64,000 bases of DNA from Octopus vulgaris (taxonomy: Eukaryota), in contig OX597839.1 in NCBI GenBank assembly GCA_951406725.2, positions 22,940,001 through 23,004,000 on the forward strand, in the 5' to 3' direction. Under the pieces are notes generated by a model. It searched no databases and had not been told where the DNA came from. It saw only the letters and a list, made by a program, of their open reading frames with translations. The translations under genes were made by a program, and so were the position numbers. Of the stretch, positions 16,216 through 30,643 are shown in pieces (positions within the stretch are counted from its first letter, which is position 1; each line of letters begins with the position of its first letter).

Positions 16216-17076
16216 GAGGACACACGGACACACAGAGACACACGCTGTTGGAATCAAAAGAACTCTTGTTATTGTTGTGATTGTTGCAGACATAAAAATA
16301 GCCAGTGTGAGTCGATCATGGAAATGAAGCGGTAGGCAGTGATGGTCATGATAGTAATGAATATGATATCAGAAATAATAAACTGGATGCAAAATATTTT
16401 TAAAAAAAACAAAAATTGTGAAGTAGAAGAGAAATTTTGTCTGCTCTGACTTGTGAAGATATTTGAACAGGTTTTGACAACACCAGAGAGACACTTTGCA
16501 TAATGTGTGTGTGTGTGTGTGTAAGTATAAGTTTGAAGTTGGTGTGTCATTAGTGAAAGAGTACATTTTCATCCTTACCGATCATTGGTTAATAAGAGAG
16601 TATCATATATCCGACACAAACATGAACCATATATAAGTGTGTGTGTGTGCATACATGTGTCTGTATGAATACACACACACACACACATACACACACTTAC
16701 ATGTAAACATATATCTATATATATATGTGTATGTATGTATATATGTGAGTATCTATGTGGATATACATGTGTGTGTATGTGTGTCTGTATATATGTATGT
16801 ACGTATGTATATAGATATGTATATATGTATATGTATGTATGTACTATATATGTATACATGTATATATCTGCATTTGTGTCTATATCTAAATACACATACA
16901 CAAAGCGAGAAATGCATACTGACATGCATATGTGCTCACACACACATACACACACACATACGTGTGCACACACACGTGCTCACACACAGACATACACGCA
17001 CACACACACATATACACACACACACAGACACACATGCACACACACACACACATATACACACACACAGACACACATG

Positions 17077-17108
<32 letters not shown>

Positions 17109-18299
17109 GACACACATGCACACACACACATATACACACACACACACACATGCACACACTCACCAGCACGTACGCTTCCACAGATATAGTTTACCAAGAT
17201 TGCCAGAGATTAGTTCAGTCGTTCTTCGTTAAAACTGGCTATTTACCGTTTATTTGTTGATGTTTTTGTTGTTATTAAACCAATGCCGGATAACCCCCCT
17301 TCAACCGACCAACTCCGCCCACCCACCTTCTCTCTCCGATTTCTTTGTGCAGACTTTAATAGCAACAGCAACAACAATAAAGACGGCAGCGTTTATTATT
17401 GTCAAGTTCACAAGTCAAACGTACCACTTGGGTTTCTTTCGGCGGCGCAGTAAAATGACGGAAATGACAAAAAGTCAGCTATTTCTGAACAGGTTATTAT
17501 TTAGAGAAGTTTCTTTTTTTTTTTATCGTTTTTCTGTTTTTTTAGAGAGTGTGAAGCAAGAATAATGATTGCTGTGGAAAATGTCAGAAGGTTTGAACAG
17601 TTTTGAAGGTGGTAAGGTTAGAGAGTTAGTCACCTAACTCTGTAACAGAGAAAGAAGTCTGTGAAACATCACTCGAGAGCAGAACGATGGTTATATACAG
17701 TAACTATACACACAGGCTATATAAATGGTGCAGGGGCATGGCTTAGTGGTTAGGGGGTGTTGGACTCATGACTGTAAGATTCTAGTTTCGATTCATGGAC
17801 CGGGCAATGCGTTGTGCTCGGAGCAATACACGTCACTCCCCATTGCTCCACTCCACTCGGCTGTAGAAATGAGTACTGCCGGTGGAGGTGTGTGTCTTAT
17901 TGGTTAGGGGTGTTGGGTTCACAACTATAAGGCTGTGGTTTTGATCCCTGGACCAGGCAATGCGTTGTGTTCTTGTACACATTGCTCCAGTCCATGCAGC
18001 TGGCAAAAATGAGTTTAGCCCGGAAAGGGATGGGCACCGCTAGGTTTACTCACCCTAGATATGCTGCATGGATGAAGTAACCCAACTAGCCCCTAGGGGT
18101 TAAGGGACTTGTCAATTGTCAATATAAACCAGTTATATATGCCCACTGTATAAACTATATACACTTCACTCGGGACATACACTAGATACATAAAATATCT
18201 TTTGTCCTTTGCTTGTATCATTCATTGGACTGTGGCCATGCTGGGGCACCATCACAAAGGGTTTAGTCTAACAAATGAACTCCAGTACTTGTTTTCTTT

Positions 18300-18957
18300 T
18301 TAACTCCTTAGTATTTAAACCAGCCACATCCGGTCAAAATAGCCAACATATTTTATGTTCAGACTAGCCAGATTTGGCCTTTTACAACTACCATACAATG
18401 TCATTCTAAAAATGCAACAATCACATCATTGAAATCACAAAGTTACAACAGGCACAGGAGTGGCTGTGTGGTAAGTAGCTTGCTAACCAACCACATGGTT
18501 CCGGGTTCAGTCCCACTGCGTGGCATCTTGGGCAAGTGTCTTCTGCTATAGCCCCGGGCCGACCAATGCCTTGTGAGTGGATTTGGTAGACGGAAACTGA
18601 AAGAAGCCTGTCGTATATATATATATATATATATACATATATATGTATGTGTGTGTGTGTTTGTGTGTCTGTGTTTGTCCCCCTAGCATTGCTTGACAAC
18701 CGATGCTGGTGTGTTTACGTCCCCGTCACTTAGCGGTTTGGCAAAAGAGACCGATAGAATAAGTACTGGGCTTACAAAGAATAAGTCCTGGGGTCGATTT
18801 GCTCGACTAAAGGCGGTGCTCCAGCATGGCCGCAGTCAAATGACTGAAACAAGTAAAAGAGTAAAAGAGAGTAAGAGTATAACGCAGGGTTAATAGAAAA
18901 CAAGGTGAATACATAAATATTATATTTTAGAGAGGAACCTGAATGCTAAAGGGTTAA
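18300..18957 (+). mobile_element. piggyBac-type MITE interrupted by a full-length SINE (18450-18878)
   Basis: The left half runs TTAACTCCTTAGTATTTAAACC..ACAATGTCATTCTAAAAA. The right end, GAATGCTAAAGGGTTAA, resumes after the SINE tail. Confidence 0.65.
18450..18878 (+). mobile_element. SINE family A, full length
   Basis: Near-identical to 9835-10245. Confidence 0.9.
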
Positions 18958-20058
18958 ACTCTGGTACAGTATGAGATAACAGATGTTGTTATTGTTAGGC
19001 CTAACTCACCATAAAGCAAATACCACCAGGAGTGATATCCAGGCTACAGTGGAGAAGGCAAACCACTGGATTTGGTTGGAAAGGGATGATAAGCAATGGC
19101 TAGAAGAATATTGAGTGAAACCTAGTAACTCGTTGAATTAGCAAGTTAGGCCTTGTCTCTGTGAATGGGGAGGGTGCGCAATAATGCCACCAAGTGGAAA
19201 GCTCTGAAATGGGGTCCATTCTCTCCGGGTGAACCCCTAAGCTTGCTAGTGACCGGTAGGCAGAGCTTTCAACTGGTAGCACTTGCATCTGCAGGTTGTT
19301 TGCAAATAATTTATTGGTCTCTTTTGCTGAACTGCTAGGTTACAGGAACATAAACAAACCAACAGCAGTTGTCAAGTGGTGATGGGGGACAAACACATAC
19401 ACAAACACACACACAGTTTCCATCTACTGGGTAAAGAGTAAAGGCCCTCTTCGGGAATGAATGACCATAGGATTGCCCCTAGAAGGTTCCCCCTCCAAAG
19501 CACAAGTCTAGGCAAGGTTGTTCATGGAAGACCACCATCAGTCACCCATGCATACCAGCCTTCCCGCTCTCCATACCACCGATGTTATCCAAGGGAAAGG
19601 CAAAGGGGCCGATACAGCTTGGCACCAGAGACATCGCAACTCATTTCTACAGCTGAGTGAACTGGGGCAACATGAAATAAAGTGTCTTGCTCAAGAACAT
19701 ACATATACATACAGGTGTGTGTCTTTGTGTTTGTATTTGCACCAACTGGTGTTAGTGTGTTTATGTCCCCATAACTTAGCAGTTTCACAAAAGAGTCTGA
19801 TAGAATAAGTAAGAGTTAAAGCATGATTAGTTCAAAACAATATGACAATTAAGCACTTCTTTTGACAGAAAAATCTGAATGTTGAAGGGTTGAATGATAT
19901 AACCTGTGTTATACAGGTAACCAGTTTTATAAAAGGTTGGCGTTAGGAAGGGCACCCAGCCATAGAAACCGTCCCAAAACAGACAGGGAGCCTGAACAGC
20001 CCTTCAGCTAGTCAGGCTCCGGTCAAACTGTCCAACCCATGCCAGCATGGAAAACAAA

Positions 20059-20089
<31 letters not shown>

Positions 20090-20291
20090 GTGAGGGTGAT
20101 GATGGTGATGCTGGTGGTGGTGACAAAGATGATGATGATGATGATGATGTTGTTGAGCACAGTTCAAAACAGTTAACTTCCTCTTCAAGTTAAGCTAACT
20201 CAAGCGTCCAGTTTCCTGGTTCTATGGTATATATATATATATATTAAAATTAATATTTAACACTATAGTCTGTGTGTGTATATACATATAT

Positions 20292-20680
20292 AGCGCAGGA
20301 GTGGCTGTGTGGTAAGTAGCTTGTTTACCAACCGCATGGTTCCGGGTTCAGTCCCACTGCATGGCACCTTGGGCAAGTGTCTTGTACTATAGCCTCGAGC
20401 CAACCAAAGCTTTGTGAGTGGATTTGGTAGACGGAAACTGAAAGAAGCCTGTTGTATATATGTATATGTATGTGTGTGTATGTGTGTGTTTGTGTGTCTG
20501 TGTTTGTCCCCCTAGCATTGCTTGACAACCGATGCTGGTTGAATAAGCACTGGGCTTACAATAGAATAAGCACTGGGCTTACAAAGAATAAGTCCTGGGG
20601 TCGATTTGCTCGACTAAAGGCAGTGCTCCAGCATGGCTGCAGTCAAATGACTGAAACAAGTAAAAGAGTAAAGAGAGAGT
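20292..20680 (+). mobile_element. SINE family A with an internal deletion and short duplication
   Basis: Same head and tail; GAATAAGCACTGGGCTTACA is duplicated. Confidence 0.88.
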
Positions 20681-21546
20681 ATATATATATTCTGCACCTG
20701 GGCAGGATGCTGGCTTGTCACAGGATTACTCACCTTTGCCAACTGTGTTGACTGGAGCAACATGAAATGAAGTGTCTTGCCCAAGAACACAATGTGTCAC
20801 CCAGTTCAGGAATCGAAACCACAGCCTTACAACTCAGCCACGTGCCTCCACTCTGTTCAGAATACTATGTGAAGAATTTGACTTTGGATGCCAAAAGGTG
20901 AGGGCATCGTCTCACAGCAAAGTTTGGAATCATGCTTTTGAACTGTGATCACAAATAAGTTTGGAATCACTGCAGAAACACATAATGCAAATGCTGCTTT
21001 CATCACAGCTTCATTATAGTTTCTCAATTGTAAATATTTTGAGAGAAATAAATTCAATTGCTCTCTATAAGGAAAAAATATTCTTTTTTCCGTGCAGGTG
21101 GCACGTAAAATATTCTTTTTTACGCGCAGGTGGCACGTAAAAAGCACCCATTACACTCTCGGAGTGGTTGGCGTTAGGAAGGGCATCCAGCCGTAGAAAC
21201 TTTGCCAGATAAGACCGGAGCCTGGTGCAGCCTTCTGGCTTCCCAGATCCCCGGTCGAACCGGCCAACCCATGCTAGCATGGAGAACGGACGTTAAACGA
21301 TGATGATGATGATGATGATGATTAATGTCTGAGATTAGATGAGTGCCTTCTGTCGACAAATGGTAAAATGGCTCAAGTAATTGGAAGTCAACAATGTGAT
21401 TATGTTTAGCAGACAGAACGAATTCCTGGAAAATAACTGACTTTAGTGCTTGGCAGCTGAAATGGTTGAATATCTGCTCACAATCAAAACATCAATGACA
21501 AAAGTTTCCTAAAGCAAGATCCAACAGAAGTATACTGTAGAAATAA

Positions 21547-21775
21547 GGTGGTGAGCTGGCAGAAACGTTAGCACGCCGGGCGAAATGCGTAGCCGTATTT
21601 CGTCTGCCGTTACGTTCAGAGTTCAAATCACGCCGAGGTCGACTTTGCCTTTCATCCTTTCGGGGTCGATAAATTAAGTACCAGTTAAGCACTGGGGTCG
21701 ATGTAATTGACTTAATCCGTTTGTCTGTCCTTGTTTGTCTCCTCAGTGTTTAGCCCCTTGTGGGTAATAAAGAAA
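21547..21775 (+). mobile_element. SINE family B (about 230 bp, Nin-domain-like core)
   Basis: GGTGGTGAGCTGGCAGAA head, GAGTTCAAAT B-box and core GCCTTTCATCCTTTCGGGGTCGATAAATTAAGTACCAG. Other copies lie at about 8990-9205(+), 34148-34345(+), 35068-35200(+), 43330-43443(+, partial) and 2938-3025(-, partial). Confidence 0.85.
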
Positions 21776-22201
21776 CAGAAATAAGCAGCCATTTCTTGTG
21801 ACTGAACATTCTATTTCTGACACTATGTAAATTCTTCAAGTTGAATTATTCTGTGACCAAATAGGACATCTGACACTATCATGGGCACTCCATCTCTTGG
21901 GTTTTATCAGGGAGCAATGGGATAGCCAGTTCTAATCATTCAGGATATTGATTGAAATTCAACCATTTCTCATGACGTAAATCTGTGAATTTGGATTCTT
22001 AAGAAAGTACCACACTAAATCCAAGATGAGAAATCGGTTGCTCTAAGCTCAGCTAATGAGGTCGACCTTGTCAAAGACTAAAATCATAAATTCAAAACCT
22101 GGTGTCCCGCTGCTACCAAAACCACATCAATACAGTACAATAAGTGATGGACTGGATTAGGATTCTGCAGTGCACGCGCGCGCGTGTGTGTGTGTGTGTT
22201 T

Positions 22202-22429
22202 TCTTTTATTCTTGTACTCGTTTCAATTATTTGACTGCGGCCATGCTGGAGTACCGCTTTTTGTTGAAGAATTCAACCCTAGGACTTATTCTTTGTAAGC
22301 CTAGTAGATATTCCACCAATCTCTTTTGCCGAACCGCTAAGTTATGGGGACATAAACACACTAATATCAAGCAATAGTGGGTGAGGGGCAAACATGGACA
22401 CAGAAATACATACATATTATATACATATC

Positions 22430-22500
<71 letters not shown>

Positions 22501-22660
22501 GTATACAATGGGCTTCTTTCAGTTTCTGTCTACCAAATCCACTCACAAGGCTTTGGTCAGCCCAAGGCTATAGCAGAAGACACTTGCCCAAGGTGTCACA
22601 CAGTGGGACTGAACCCAGAACCATGTGGTTGGGAAGCAAGCTTCTCACCACACAGCCACA
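22202..22660 (-). mobile_element. SINE family A, diverged
   Basis: Reverse complement of the family A body and head. Confidence 0.85.
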
Positions 22661-23287
22661 TCAGCCTAATCGGGGATGGCCTAGGGCTAAACAACATAAA
22701 CAAGATTACTATATAAAACAAAAATGCAAAATGCAAACAAAAAATACACACACAAAACATATAAAAATGTTAACGTACAAAATACAATAAAACATGAAGA
22801 AACATTAAAAACAAATGAAAAAAAAAACAGCCTAAAAAGCAAAATTGTTGAGAATTCCAACAGTAATTAACTTTGTACTACAATGTAAGTATTGGTGACA
22901 TTAACGATGATTGCTGCTCGGTATTTGCAAGCAACACAAATAATTTGCCTCCTGTGTTAACAGAAAATTATATGAGATTTAGATTTGATAAAAATAATGT
23001 AAAGGGCAGTGATTTCACTTGTAATTTAGTGTGACCGTCAATGTTGGGGGAGAAGAGAGGAAAGGAGAGAGAGAGAGAGAAGGGGAGAGAGCGTGAGAAG
23101 GAGAGAGAGAGAGAGAAGAGGAGAGAGCATGAGAAGGAGAGAGAGGGAGAGAGAAGAGGAGAGAGCGTGAGAAGGAGAGAGAGAGAGAGAAGAGGAGAGA
23201 GAGAGAGAGAAGAAGAGAGAGAGAGAGAAGAGGAGAGAGCGTGAGAAGGAGAGAGAGAGGAGAGAGAGAAGAGGAGAGAGCGTGAGA

Positions 23288-23331
<44 letters not shown>

Positions 23332-23707
23332 CGTGAGAAGGAGAGAGAGAGAGAGAGAGAAGAGGAGAGAGCGTGAGAAGGAGGGAGAGAGAGAGAGCAG
23401 ACTGGAGTTAAATGAGGTGCTTATTCTAAGTCCTTCTGCAAATTGGTCGAAAAGAATCCCAGCAGAACGATCGTGTGGCAGTTTTGTGGTTCACACAGCA
23501 AAGTGTGAAGTTGGTAATTCTTAGTGTATTAACATGTCAAAGACTTTTCTTTATTTATTATCATTCCCCCCTTTTTTTTCTCTCTGTTGGCATCAAAAAC
23601 ATGAATACAGTGACCAAATATATAGTCTATTAGTTGTAATTTCATAAAAATTGATGCGACAGTTGGTTTGTTGGTTGGATTCTTTGACAAACCAGTTTTA
23701 TTTTAAA

Positions 23708-24140
23708 CTAGCAGCATAGTCCGGCATTGCCCGGGTATGTAAGAGCCCCTAGTAGGCAACGGCTAATCCCAATCGGGTCCTTTCCCTCTAGGGAACGAAG
23801 GCGCATGTGTAGGTTGCAATGTCTTCTCTTCATTCGAATACTTCTGTGTATACGATGTTCCTAGCTGTCCCTTTGGGCGATAAAAAGGTCGAGTTGTGTC
23901 CCCTAGACAGAAAATGTGTTGCATATAAAAAGCTTAGATTCTCGACCCCATGTCGAATTTATCGATTTTTTCAGAAGTGGGGGAACTTTTCAAAATTTTC
24001 GCTGCGTCAGTTTTGAATTATGACATTGGGCTATGTGTCTGTGTCAAGTTTCATCAGAATCGGTTGAAAGCCGTGGTCAGGGTGAGGGTACAACCTGACA
24101 GACACACAGACAGACAAACTGCCGTTTATATATAGAGAGA
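23708..24140 (-). mobile_element. Non-autonomous Helitron (433 bp)
   Basis: The minus strand starts A|TCTCTCTATATATAAACGGCAG, followed by a (CTGT)n-like tract. It ends with a CCGG-GCAATG-CCGG hairpin about 10 nt before CTAG|T. This gives 5' TC, 3' CTAG, an A/T insertion site and no TSD. Confidence 0.85.
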
Positions 24141-24264
24141 TTATCTTGGCTGATCTAATTCTGCCGTTCTTGAAATTCGTTCTCACTACCAACACATTTC
24201 ACAGCAAATAAACATATTTTCACACAATTTCTACATAAAGACAAAAGAAAGACAAATACATCAT

Positions 24265-24620
24265 AGGCGCAGGTATGGCTGTGTGGTAAGAAGCTTGCTT
24301 ACCAACCACATGGTTCTGGGTTCAGTCACACTGTGTGGCACCTTGGGCAAGTATCTTCTGCTATAACCTTGAGCTGACCAAAGCCTTGTGAGTGGATTTG
24401 GTAGATGGAAACTGAAAGAAGCCCATCATGTGTGTGTCATTGCGTCTGTGTTTCTCCTTCACTACCACTCGACAACCAGTGTTGGTGTGTTTATGTTGCC
24501 ATAACTTAACGGTTCAGCAAAAGAGAATGATAGAATATTATCCAGGCTTAAAAAAATAAGCACTGAGGTCCAATCATTCAACTAAAGTTCTTCAAGGTAC
24601 TGCCCCAGTATGGCCATTAC
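24265..24620 (+). mobile_element. SINE family A, diverged
   Basis: GGCGCAGGTATGGCTGTGTGGTAAG head and family body. Confidence 0.85.
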
Positions 24621-24946
24621 GAAATATGAACTTGGCGCATTTGTGACCTTTTCTCTCCAATGCATATGTGGATGTGTCATCATCATCATCGTCAGCAGCA
24701 TTTCATTTCTGTTTTCCATGCTGTCATGGTTGGATGGTTTGATACAAGCAGACAAGGCCAAAAGCTGCACCAGGCTCCAGTTGTCAGTTTCAGCAGGGTT
24801 TCTATGGCTGGATGCCCTCCCTAATGCCAACCACTTTTACAAAGTGTCCTGGGAGCTGTTTACATGGCACAGATATCTGGATTTGTATTAACTGTCAAGG
24901 CAACACCTTTGGCCTCCTTCGTAGCTTCCCATTCTTCTAACACACC

Positions 24947-25315
24947 AATTACTCACCTGTCATCACTCACCAGATACCACTTGCTAGTCATCACACATCT
25001 CTCATCACTTGCCAGTCACTACTCACCTGTCATCACTCACCAGACACCACTTGCCAGTCATCACACATCTCTCATCACTTGCTAGTCACTACTCACCAGT
25101 CATCACTCACCAGACACCACTTGCCAGTCATCACACATCTCTCATCACTTGCCAGTCACTACTCACCTGTCATCACTCACCAGTCATCACTCACCAGACA
25201 TCACTTGCCAGTCATCATTACTCACCTGTCATCACTCACCTGTCATCACTCACCAGTCATCACACATCTCTCATCACTCGCCAGTCACCACTCACCTGTC
25301 ATCACTCACTCATCT
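24947..25315. repeat. 70 bp minisatellite built from TCATCACTCACC/CAGTCA subunits, degenerating 3'
   Basis: CATCACTCACCAG recurs at 24961, 25031, 25101 and 25171. Confidence 0.9.
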
Positions 25316-26279
25316 GACATACATGCTGTTTCCATTGTAGCATCCACACCTTCATCACTCATGCTCCTATTATTTGTCTTTCAATCACCCTCATCTTCCC
25401 TGTATGATATCACCAATGAGACTAACAATAGCAGTGCATCTTTTCAATGCTTCCATTACAATGTCGGACCACTCACCTTCCCAACACTCACCCCTGACAT
25501 CTCTGTTTCCATTTAGCATCCACAGCTCTTCATCACTCATGCTCCTATTATTTGTCTTTACAATCAGCCCCCCCCATTAGACCCCATACATCTACCAACA
25601 TTCCCACTAGCGATTTCATATCAATGTTTGTCATCCACCCTTACCATTTACCCACTTCGTACTCTCCCTCATTCTCTCATCTCTACCCTTCCTACACCCT
25701 GCTGATACCACAATGAAACACACCCAATTCATACTGTTAAGTGTGGGGTTGTAAAAGATGTAAGAACCTTTCCTAGTGGTCTAGGGGTCATGAGGAAATG
25801 CCCTCAATGCGCTCTGTAAAAATGCTTGGTGTTAGGAAGGGCACCCAGCAGTAGACACCAAACCAAAAGGGAACTCAACGACAAGATGTGGTCCCCTGAT
25901 TCAGCTAGAAGACTAGCAAGGTGGCAATGACTCTTCCAACCCATACCAACATGAATGATGATGGTGATGGTTGGTGTTTGTTGTGGTGGTCATGGTAGGA
26001 ATAGTGACGGTGGTACGGCTGTGTAGCAAAGAAGTTTGCTTTGCAACCATGTGCTCTTATGATTGCCATGGACCAACTAATGATTTCTAAGTGGAATTAG
26101 TCGACAGAAACTGCAAGGAAGCCTGATGCATATACATATGTATGTATATACATATACATATGTATGTATGTGTGTGTGTGTGTGTGTCTGTGTGTATGTA
26201 TGTATGTATGTATGTATGTATGTATGTATGTGTGTATGTAGGTGTGTGTATATGTATGTATGTAGGTATGTAGGTATGT

Positions 26280-26311
<32 letters not shown>

Positions 26312-26542
26312 GTGTGTGTATGCGTGTTTGTATGTATGTATGTACTTTTATAGCAGTTCATCGAAAGGGATCAACAGAATAAGTACCAGGCTTTAAAAAA
26401 TTAAGATTCAATCAACAAGAGTTCTTCAAGGTGGTGCCCCAGCATGACCACAGTTTAATGTCTGAAACAAGTAAAAGATGAAAGCTAAACACACACACAT
26501 ATACGTATATATTTTACAAGTGTGTGTATGTATGTATGTATG

Positions 26543-26584
<42 letters not shown>

Positions 26585-26775
26585 TGTATGTGTGTGTGTA
26601 TATATATGTGTATATATATATATATATAAAGACTCCCTTCAGTCATGAATGACCAAGGGATTGCACCTAGAAAGTTCCCCTCTGAGGCCCAAGTCCAGGC
26701 AAGGTTGTTTAAGGAAGACCAGCAGTCGCCCATGCATGCCAAATGTATTTTATATATATATATCTTATGTGCATA

Positions 26776-26827
<52 letters not shown>

Positions 26828-27204
26828 TATACAAATGCATGCCCAAATGAATGTACGCGTGTGCATGCCTGCTTGCGTATGAAGGTGTCATTTCTGCTGT
26901 TTTGCAGATGACTAACTGAGCAAAAACGATGTTGTGTTTACACTGTCAGTAAACCTTACATTACACTGCTCTGCACTTTTTGAAATAGTGGAATAAAAAC
27001 CCTCTTGCTTGTAGAATAGGAAAACATTACCGACAGGAAGAGCATTTGGGTGTAAAAGGAAAAAAGAAAAATCAAAATACTGCCTGAATCAAACAACCTT
27101 CCACCCTATGCCAGCATCGAAAAGCAGATGTAAAACAAGTAAACAAATACGCACACACACACACACACAGATAGACAAACAGACAGATAAATAGGTAAGT
27201 AGAT

Positions 27205-27252
<48 letters not shown>

Positions 27253-27270
27253 GGGTAGACAGATAGATGT

Positions 27271-27344
<74 letters not shown>

Positions 27345-27372
27345 ATGGGTAGATAGATGGGTAGACAGATAG

Positions 27373-27405
<33 letters not shown>

Positions 27406-27593
27406 GATAAGTTTCTTTATTGGCCACACAGGGCTGCACACAGATGGGACAAGTTACAAGGTAGAGCTTTTCTTTTGGGGGATGATATAGATAGATAGAT
27501 AGCTAGATAGATAGATAGATGGGTAGACAGATAGATATATACAAATATATATATATATATATAGACAGACAGACAGACAGACGGACATATAGG

Positions 27594-27668
<75 letters not shown>

Positions 27669-27717
27669 GTTGATAGACAGACAGACAGACAGATAGAAAA
27701 ATAGATAGATAGATAGG

Positions 27718-27758
<41 letters not shown>

Positions 27759-28654
27759 TGGTAGACAGATAGGTAGGTAGGTAGATAGATAGAGAGATGC
27801 ACACATATTTGTAAATATGCATATACATATATATATATAAACATACCCACACACACATAAACACATGCGCATACACACACACAAACACATATACGTACAC
27901 ACACACACACACACAAACACCTACACACACATATATCATCTTTAATATATATCCAGTGTGCAATGGAGTGACTGCTGTCTTCATACATCTTTCACAGCTG
28001 CATACATCGTAACCCTTACAAAAGGAGTATACCTGTTGGTTTTAGGGGCCCCGCCAAACATAAATTATTGTGTTTTGACATGTTGAGTAAGGGATAAGCT
28101 ACAACAGTCTGTGTGTCAGAATATATACAGTTGCTGAAAGAAATAAATGTCTGCTCGTATATATATATCAATATAGTTTGAAACTCTAGGCAAGTATGTG
28201 TCTGTGAACATAACTCTTGGTGTATTCATGGTGGCTGCCTCCCTCCAGAAAGTTGCGACTGTCTGAAACAAATAGCTTGGTTTTGATGTACGTGCGAGAA
28301 AGAAAATAATGTATGTCACAACAGTTTAACCTTCGACCCGACTTTAACAACCAAATATTCTAGTTATGCATGAACGGTGTATCCAATCCAGCTTCTCAAA
28401 GTGCAAACACAAACACAGAGAGTAGAACTAATATAATTTATGGCCAGAACGGCTTCGAGCAATGTCTGTCTGGTGAATATGCCACTAACAAAAGCTGTCG
28501 CAGGAATTAGTTACAGTTGAGATGAATTCCAAACTGGATGATGCTTAAAGAAAAATGGGAATTATACAAATACTGCACATAAAGGTGTGGATGTTGTTCT
28601 AAAAGTTTAGCATATATAAAGCTGCTATCATCATCAACACCATCATTATTATTA

Positions 28655-29055
28655 TTCTCTTTTCCTTGTTTCAGTCATTTGACTGCGGCCATGCTGGAGC
28701 ACCGCCTTTAGTCGAGCAAATCGACCCCGGGACTTATTCGTTGTAAGCCCAGTACTTATTCTATCAGTCTCATTTGCCGAACCGCTAAGTGACGGGGACG
28801 TAAACACACCAGCATCGGTTGTCAAGCAATGCTAGGGGGACAGACACAGACACACAAACACACACACACACATACATACATATATATATACATATATACG
28901 ACAGGCTTCTTTCAGTTTCCGTCTACCAAATCCACTCACAAGGCATTGGTCGGCCCGGGGCTATAGCAGAAGACACTTGCCCAAGATGCCACGCAGTGGG
29001 ACTGAACCCGGAACCATGTGGTTGGTTAGCAAGCTACTTACCACTCCTGCGCCTA
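28655..29055 (-). mobile_element. SINE family A, full length
   Basis: Reverse complement, near-identical to 18450-18878. Confidence 0.9.
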
Positions 29056-29487
29056 TAATTATCTTCATCATTTTTCCATGGTTGTGGCTCTTCTCCAGCT
29101 CAGCTTCTCCCTATTTGTTGTAGTCCCTTTATCATCTGCTTCATAAGTTCCAACCTCCAGATGTCACCCTTTTCCCCACCCCCCACCCTGTGGTCATCTT
29201 CCTCACCAAAGTTCCTTCCATTGATATTCCTTGGCTCTTCTTTACTCAACCGTTATCCATCATATTCTTCGCCAACCAATTCCAGCACACTCTTATCTCT
29301 TTCACACTACGTCAGATTCTTTCATAACCAATTTTTTTTCCTTCCATTTTTTCTCTGTGTATTTTTTTCTCTCTCGGTCCATTTGTGCTCGGTCATTCAT
29401 GCACGCTAATGTTACACATCCTGGTGATTATGTCCACTTTTATTTCTTTCTAACATTCACATGTCTCCTGTATTCATTGATTATGCT

Positions 29488-29793
29488 TTGCCACCATACA
29501 ATATTGTACTCTGTACCCAAACATCAAACAATCTACCCTTGCCACCATACAATATTGTACTCTGTACCCAAACATCAAACAATCTACCCTTGCCACCATA
29601 CAATATTGTACTCTGTACCCAAACATCAAACAATCTACCCTTGCAACCATACAATATTGTACTCTGTACCCAAACATCAAACAATCTACCCTTGCCACCA
29701 TACAATATTGTACTCTGTACCCAAACATCAAACAATCTACCCTTGCCACCATACAATATTGTACTCTGCACTCAAACATCAAACAATCTACCC
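29488..29793. repeat. 51 bp minisatellite, 6 copies
   Basis: Unit TTGCCACCATACAATATTGTACTCTGTACCCAAACATCAAACAATCTACCC. Confidence 0.97.
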
Positions 29794-29959
29794 TTCAACT
29801 ACAGAAAGAATCCCTTCATTACCAACAGAAGCAATACCCCCCCTCCCAGCTTTTCCTACCCAGCTCCTACTTTGGTTACTAAACTTTCAAAGTGAATGTG
29901 TGAGTGTCTGCATGTGTGTGCATGTGAATATATATATATAAGTATATGTGTGTACATAT

Positions 29960-30295
29960 ATAGGGTGGATTCTCTCATCGAAGAGGATGAATGAGGGTTC
30001 AGTAAATAACCTTCAACAATTCCTAAGCCCTGTGACACCGCATGTGTACCTTCAATCCAGCAGATGCCTTGCACACTTTCTCGCAAATGGTACACCTGCA
30101 AGTATTCGTTGGTTCAAAATGTCTTCTCGAGTGGACAGCTAACCCAGCTATGCTTCGTTCTTTGAACTCACAGTGACACACACCGTCATTGTTTGGTGGA
30201 TTTTGCTGATGCTTTGCTTTCAAATTTGCACGAAGGGCGTCCCTATGACGAAGACGGTTACTTTCAAATTCTCTAGTCTTTAGAAAACACATTTT
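29960..30295 (-). mobile_element. 3' end of an RTE-like LINE with C-terminal C2H2 zinc fingers
   Basis: Translation reads FESNRLRH...CHCEFKERSIAGLAVHSRRH...CTICEKVCKASAGLKVHMRCH-stop, followed by a short 3' UTR. There are no convincing splice sites, and it is flanked by microsatellites. Confidence 0.7.
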
Positions 30296-30607
30296 CCTCC
30301 ATATATATATATATCATCATCATTTAGCGTCCGCTTTCCATGCTAGCATCGGTTGGACGGTTCAACTGGGGTCTGTGAAGCCAAAAGGCTGCATCAGGCC
30401 CAGTCTGATCTGGCAGTGTTTCTACGGCTGGATGCCCTTCCTAACGCCAACCACTCCGTGAGTGTAGTGGGTGCTTTTTACGTGCCACCCGCACAGGTGC
30501 CAGACGGAGCTGGCAAACGGCCACGGACGGATGGTGCTTTTTATGTGCCACCGGCATGGGGGCCAGGCGAGGCTGGCAAACGGCCACAATCGGATGGTGC
30601 TTTTTAC

Positions 30608-30643
<36 letters not shown>

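Noticed and set aside
17546-17611. Plus-strand AG..GTAAGG-bounded segment
   Set aside because: There are stops in all three frames and no other support.
28033-28133. Minus-strand AG..GT-bounded 101 nt open segment in phase with the LIM exon (NCIYSDTQTVVAYPLLNMSKHNNLCLAGPLKPT)
   Set aside because: The donor (GTATAC) is weak and the peptide does not complete the LIM consensus (C-x3-C spacing, no final C-x2-C/H/D). It is probably chance.
29488-29793. 51 bp repeat resembling a CRISPR array or a 17-aa repeat protein
   Set aside because: The units are contiguous with no unique spacers, there are no cas genes, and the context is eukaryotic. Frames stay open only because the unit length is a multiple of 3.
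30023-30292. C2H2 zinc-finger ORF as a host ZNF gene exon (octopus has expanded C2H2 genes)
   Set aside because: There are no TGEKP linkers or splice sites, and the context matches an RTE LINE C-terminus.
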